From assembly GCA_054600435.1 (NCBI GenBank), contig BAAIJX010000011.1:310001-374000 (forward strand): a stretch of DNA of 64,000 nt. Direction: 5' to 3'. The DNA is from Neophaeotheca triangularis. Lineage: Eukaryota. A model generated the notes under the pieces. That model worked only from the letters and a program-made list of their open reading frames with translations. It did no database searches and had not been told where the DNA came from. A program made the translations under genes and the position numbers. Below are positions 60,703-64,000 of the stretch, piece by piece (positions within the stretch are counted from its first letter, which is position 1; each line of letters starts with the position of its first letter).

Positions 60703-61501
60703 ATGGTCTCCTACATTACTGGCTACATCCAAGACACCGCGACCTCGTACCTGCGAACCGGCATCACGGCCGCGGGCACCATGGCCGGCAACGCGGTGGG
60801 CGGCGTGGGAAGCCTCGTCGAGAACAGCGGGCGTTCCGTGGGAGAAGGTACGGTTCCCTCATCGAAAGCGAAATCAAACCCACCTGCGCGAGGACTCCGC
60901 TGACAAGGTCTCTTGTCTGTGCTTTGCAGGTGTCTCTGGGAGTATCAATGGCGTAGGCGGGTACATCAACAACCATGGCGACGGTATCAAGACTTCCATG
61001 AGCTCGGACGGCCCGGTCTCGGCCGGCGGCGGCGGGCAGAAGAAGACACCGGTCAAGCCTGGGAGTCAAAAAGCATTACCTGGAGGCGGCGGAGGAGGAG
61101 GAGGAGGCATACCGAAAGGGGTCGGCGGAGCAGCGGCAGGGGCTCCCCGAGCAATATCAGGTGCTGCCGGGGCAGTGAAACCAAAACCAGGCGTGCCCGG
61201 TGTCGCGGGCAAGGCCCCAGGTGCTGCTGCCAAGGCTCCAGGGACGGGTGCCGCAGGAAAGCCGCCAGTGCCTGGAGCAGGCAAGGTGACTCCCGCGGGC
61301 AGGCCGGGTGGTCCAAATGCTGCTGGCAAGGTTCCCGCGAATGCTGGGGGAGCGCCACGACAAGCGCCGTCGGTGGGTTCTGGAGGAGCGGCGAAGGGAC
61401 CATCGCAGAAGGCGGGCGCAGCGGCGGCTGGCGGAGCGAATGCGAATGGTAAGGTGCGGATATCGCCGCAGAGTCGGCCGCAGCCCGCTGCGAAGAGGTG
61501 A
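60703..61501 (+). CDS. Hypothetical protein with Gly-rich amphipathic N-terminus and Gly/Ala/Pro/Lys-rich tail; intron 60848-60929
   Basis: AAAATG start. The GTACGG..GCTGAC..CAG intron joins SVGE|GVSGSINGVGGYINNHGDGIK in frame to the stop at 61501. Confidence 0.75.
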
Positions 61502-62062
61502 GGACGGGTGCGACAAAGGGGAGGAGGCGGTAGTGTGTACGATATACCCTTGCACGTTGTGTATGACTGATTTGCATTGACCGTTCAGAGTGAAAGCACG
61601 GGACTGAAGTGTTTACCAAAGAGCATCATTGTCGCAATGTTCCCGCGCTCAGTACTCAACTCCCCAAAACAAAAGGGTGAACAACATATTGAACCCCTTT
61701 TCGACAGTGACCTAGGGAAGTTCTGTGGTAGCGATGTTCGCTTTCTACCTGGTATAGATAATGCACGTGGGATATCGGTCGGGGATCGGTCAAGTAGAAG
61801 TCTCCATTCACCACGTACACATGCTCTCAGTATAGTCTGAATAAAATGTCGAGGAGACAGGCAGGCTCGTCTGCTAAAGCAGGGAAAGCGAATGCTTCAG
61901 CCCAAGGCGTATGAACGTACACCGAGACTTTCAGCTGATGATTTTGGAAACATTTTGTATTCTACAGATGGATACATAGCCACCGAAGCAAGCAGCAAGC
62001 AGTTTAGCTCACTTCCTGCAGTCTCGGCCAACAGACGAACCTCCGACGTATCGAAACACCGC

Positions 62063-63076
62063 CTACTCCTTGCCCTGCACGCTGTCACTGCCTAAACCTT
62101 GCCTCTTCAAGCGATCCCCTTTCACCTTGGCCGCCTGTAAATTCCTCTGCGCCTTCTCGTCCAACCCCATAGCGCTCTCCTTGTTTCGCTTAGCCCTCTC
62201 ATCAATCTTCCCCACCTCATGCTTCCCACCCGGCAACACGCCCTGCGGCAACTTCTGTCCCTTCTCACCCCTAATAGCCCCCTTGCCAGGCAAAGCGGGG
62301 TTTCCCGTATTCCTGAATTTACCCGCCGTGCGCTGCGTCCAAGTCGCCTCCCCAATGCCCTCCCCGACTCCCGCACCGGGATCCAAACCCATAGCCCTCA
62401 GTCCCTGAATCGCTTCCGCATCCCCCTTCGCGGCCCTCAGCCTCAAACCCCTCCTCTCAAGCTTCGCAAACCGCTTCGCCTTGTACGCTTCCAACCGCTC
62501 ATCGGGCGTCTGCAACGGCGGCCTCTGATCGACAGGTTTCCCAAAAGGCGCAACGATCCCGGCAACGATGTAATCCACCGCCGAGCTAACTTTCAGCCGA
62601 TGCAACTCCACCGTGTCCCCCTCGACCAAGCTCTCGTTCGGGTCATGCACAAGGTAATCCTTATGGTCGGCAAAGTACTTCTGCACACGTGGTTCGTAGC
62701 GTTGCGAGGGGATGCGCACTTTGACCGTCTTGGCCATGCGGCCGACGGAGGTGACGACGCCGATGACTTTTCTGCTCGCTTTGGCTTGGGATTGGGCTTT
62801 TTGGCGTAGGGTCGCCTCGTGGGGGGGCAGGGGGGTCGTGGTGTGTTTGAGAAGTTGGAGGGGGATGTTGTGCGGGAGCTCGCGCTCGATAAGCGGTTTG
62901 TGGTCGTTTTGGGAGTGCCAGGTTGGGGTGCCGAAGTTGGGGGCGGGGGGGTCAGGGGTGCTGTCGGTGATGGAGGGGGAGGTTTGCGTTGCCAGGCAGC
63001 GTTTGCAGGTCCATTGTGCTGCTTGAGATTGGGCGGTCAAGGTCCGGAGAGGGAGGGTGAGAGCTCGCCGAGACAT
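62063..63076 (-). CDS. MRPS17: Mitochondrial ribosomal protein uS17m
   Basis: Presequence MSRRALTLPLR. S17 core IGVVTSVGRMAKTVKVR...KDYLVHDPNESLVEGDTVEL. Confidence 0.85.
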   Translation of the reverse strand: MSRRALTLPLRTLTAQSQAAQWTCKRCLATQTSPSITDSTPDPPAPNFGTPTWHSQNDHKPLIERELPHNIPLQLLKHTTTPLPPHEATLRQKAQSQAKASRKVIGVVTSVGRMAKTVKVRIPSQRYEPRVQKYFADHKDYLVHDPNESLVEGDTVELHRLKVSSAVDYIVAGIVAPFGKPVDQRPPLQTPDERLEAYKAKRFAKLERRGLRLRAAKGDAEAIQGLRAMGLDPGAGVGEGIGEATWTQRTAGKFRNTGNPALPGKGAIRGEKGQKLPQGVLPGGKHEVGKIDERAKRNKESAMGLDEKAQRNLQAAKVKGDRLKRQGLGSDSVQGKE

Positions 63077-63659
63077 TTTGGTCGTGGTTGGGCGGCAGGG
63101 AGTGCGAATTGAGGTTGAGAGATGCCTTTGCGAGCCCGCGATGATTTGAGCTCGTCGCCAGACGCTGTACAACGTTCGGAGGTGGTCGAGTCTCGCCGCA
63201 AATTCCTTGGCATGTCTGACACCCAAACACTAAACCTACCTTTACCAACCATGAAGGTACCTTAGTAGTCACGACTGTCCGTGTGGTTTGCGCAGGACGA
63301 TATTGTGCTCACACCAATGGGAGTGACCTCTATGAGAGTGTTATGGGAAAGGAGGCAAACAACTGTAGAATACAGTGTGTGCCGTAGACATGACATGCGA
63401 ATAAGTATCGAGCGTACTGTAATCTCGTCGGTCAAAAGTTGAACCTGAGCAGATTCGATGACTTTCACAGTTCGAGCTGGGAGCAGAGAAATTGTTTGGA
63501 GGGCTATCAATACGAGGCCATTTTCACAGCCACAGAGTAGAGCATCCATAGTGCGACTAGCCATGTAGCTCTCATCAACGCCGCCCGCATCGCCCCAAGC
63601 GCCATCGCCGAATGCACCGTTCGTTCGCTCGTGTTCATGGAAAGAAAACGCCATTGTCC

Positions 63660-64000
63660 TCACTCTCTCGATCTCTTCATGACAAGCCCATCGTCGTCGT
63701 CATCATCGTCACCTCGAACACTCTGCCTACGGGTGTCACATATGTTAGCAAAGCCCCTCGCTCAGGGGATCGTACTGCCCCTTTGCGAAGACTCGACGTC
63801 AAAAGGATCGTACCCCTCGGGCTCCTCTGTAACACCATTGGCCCCATCCGTACCATCCGTGCCGTTAGTGGCCTTGACAGGACTCTCCAAACCGACGTCG
63901 CGCGCTAGCGTCGCCTGGTTGGTGACAGAAGCCGTGCCGACTGGATCCATGAGCGTCTGCCTGCGCACCTTGAGCTTCTTCTCCGCCTGCTCGGAGATGC
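63660..64000 (-). CDS. 3' end of an unidentified gene running off the window; intron 63727-63813
   Basis: Open frame ISEQAEKKLKVRRQTLMDP...EEPE|GQSVRGDDDDDDDGLVMKRSRE* through a GTACGA..GCTAAC..TAG intron. Confidence 0.6.

Overview
Eukaryotic, intron-containing fungal DNA (GT-AG introns of about 50-90 nt with CTRAC/CTRAT branch sites). It looks like a filamentous ascomycete, probably Dothideomycete-like (inference from gene content and style). About 24 intact or probable protein genes are present. Housekeeping and metabolic genes: kelch membrane protein, SLD2, allantoinase, APC amino-acid/GABA permease, F-box/LRR protein, mitochondrial carrier, Gbp2/Hrb1-type SR-RRM protein, RPN12, SRP14, SGD1/NOM1, EI24-domain protein, LPD1, cytosolic AsnRS, VAC14, an acyltransferase and mitochondrial S17. 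An accessory block holds a sugar porter, a small hydrophilin, a TfdA/TauD dioxygenase, a Zn2Cys6 factor and a BBE-like FAD oxidase. Manual reading found several things the ORF track misses. (1) The real 5' end of the Gbp2/Hrb1 gene is a 4-nt coding exon plus a 26-nt micro-exon, followed by a 2.2-kb intron packed with AAGCU(U) motifs. (2) There are two decayed enzyme pseudogenes (O-methyltransferase and GMC oxidoreductase). (3) An orphan UIM/RGG protein has a nonsense-mutated partial paralog next to it. (4) An orphan protein with repeated K-x-K-L motifs is split by a 1-nt shift in a C8 run. I found no rRNA, tRNA, CRISPR array or intact transposon. All exon boundaries were read by eye and need RNA-seq confirmation.
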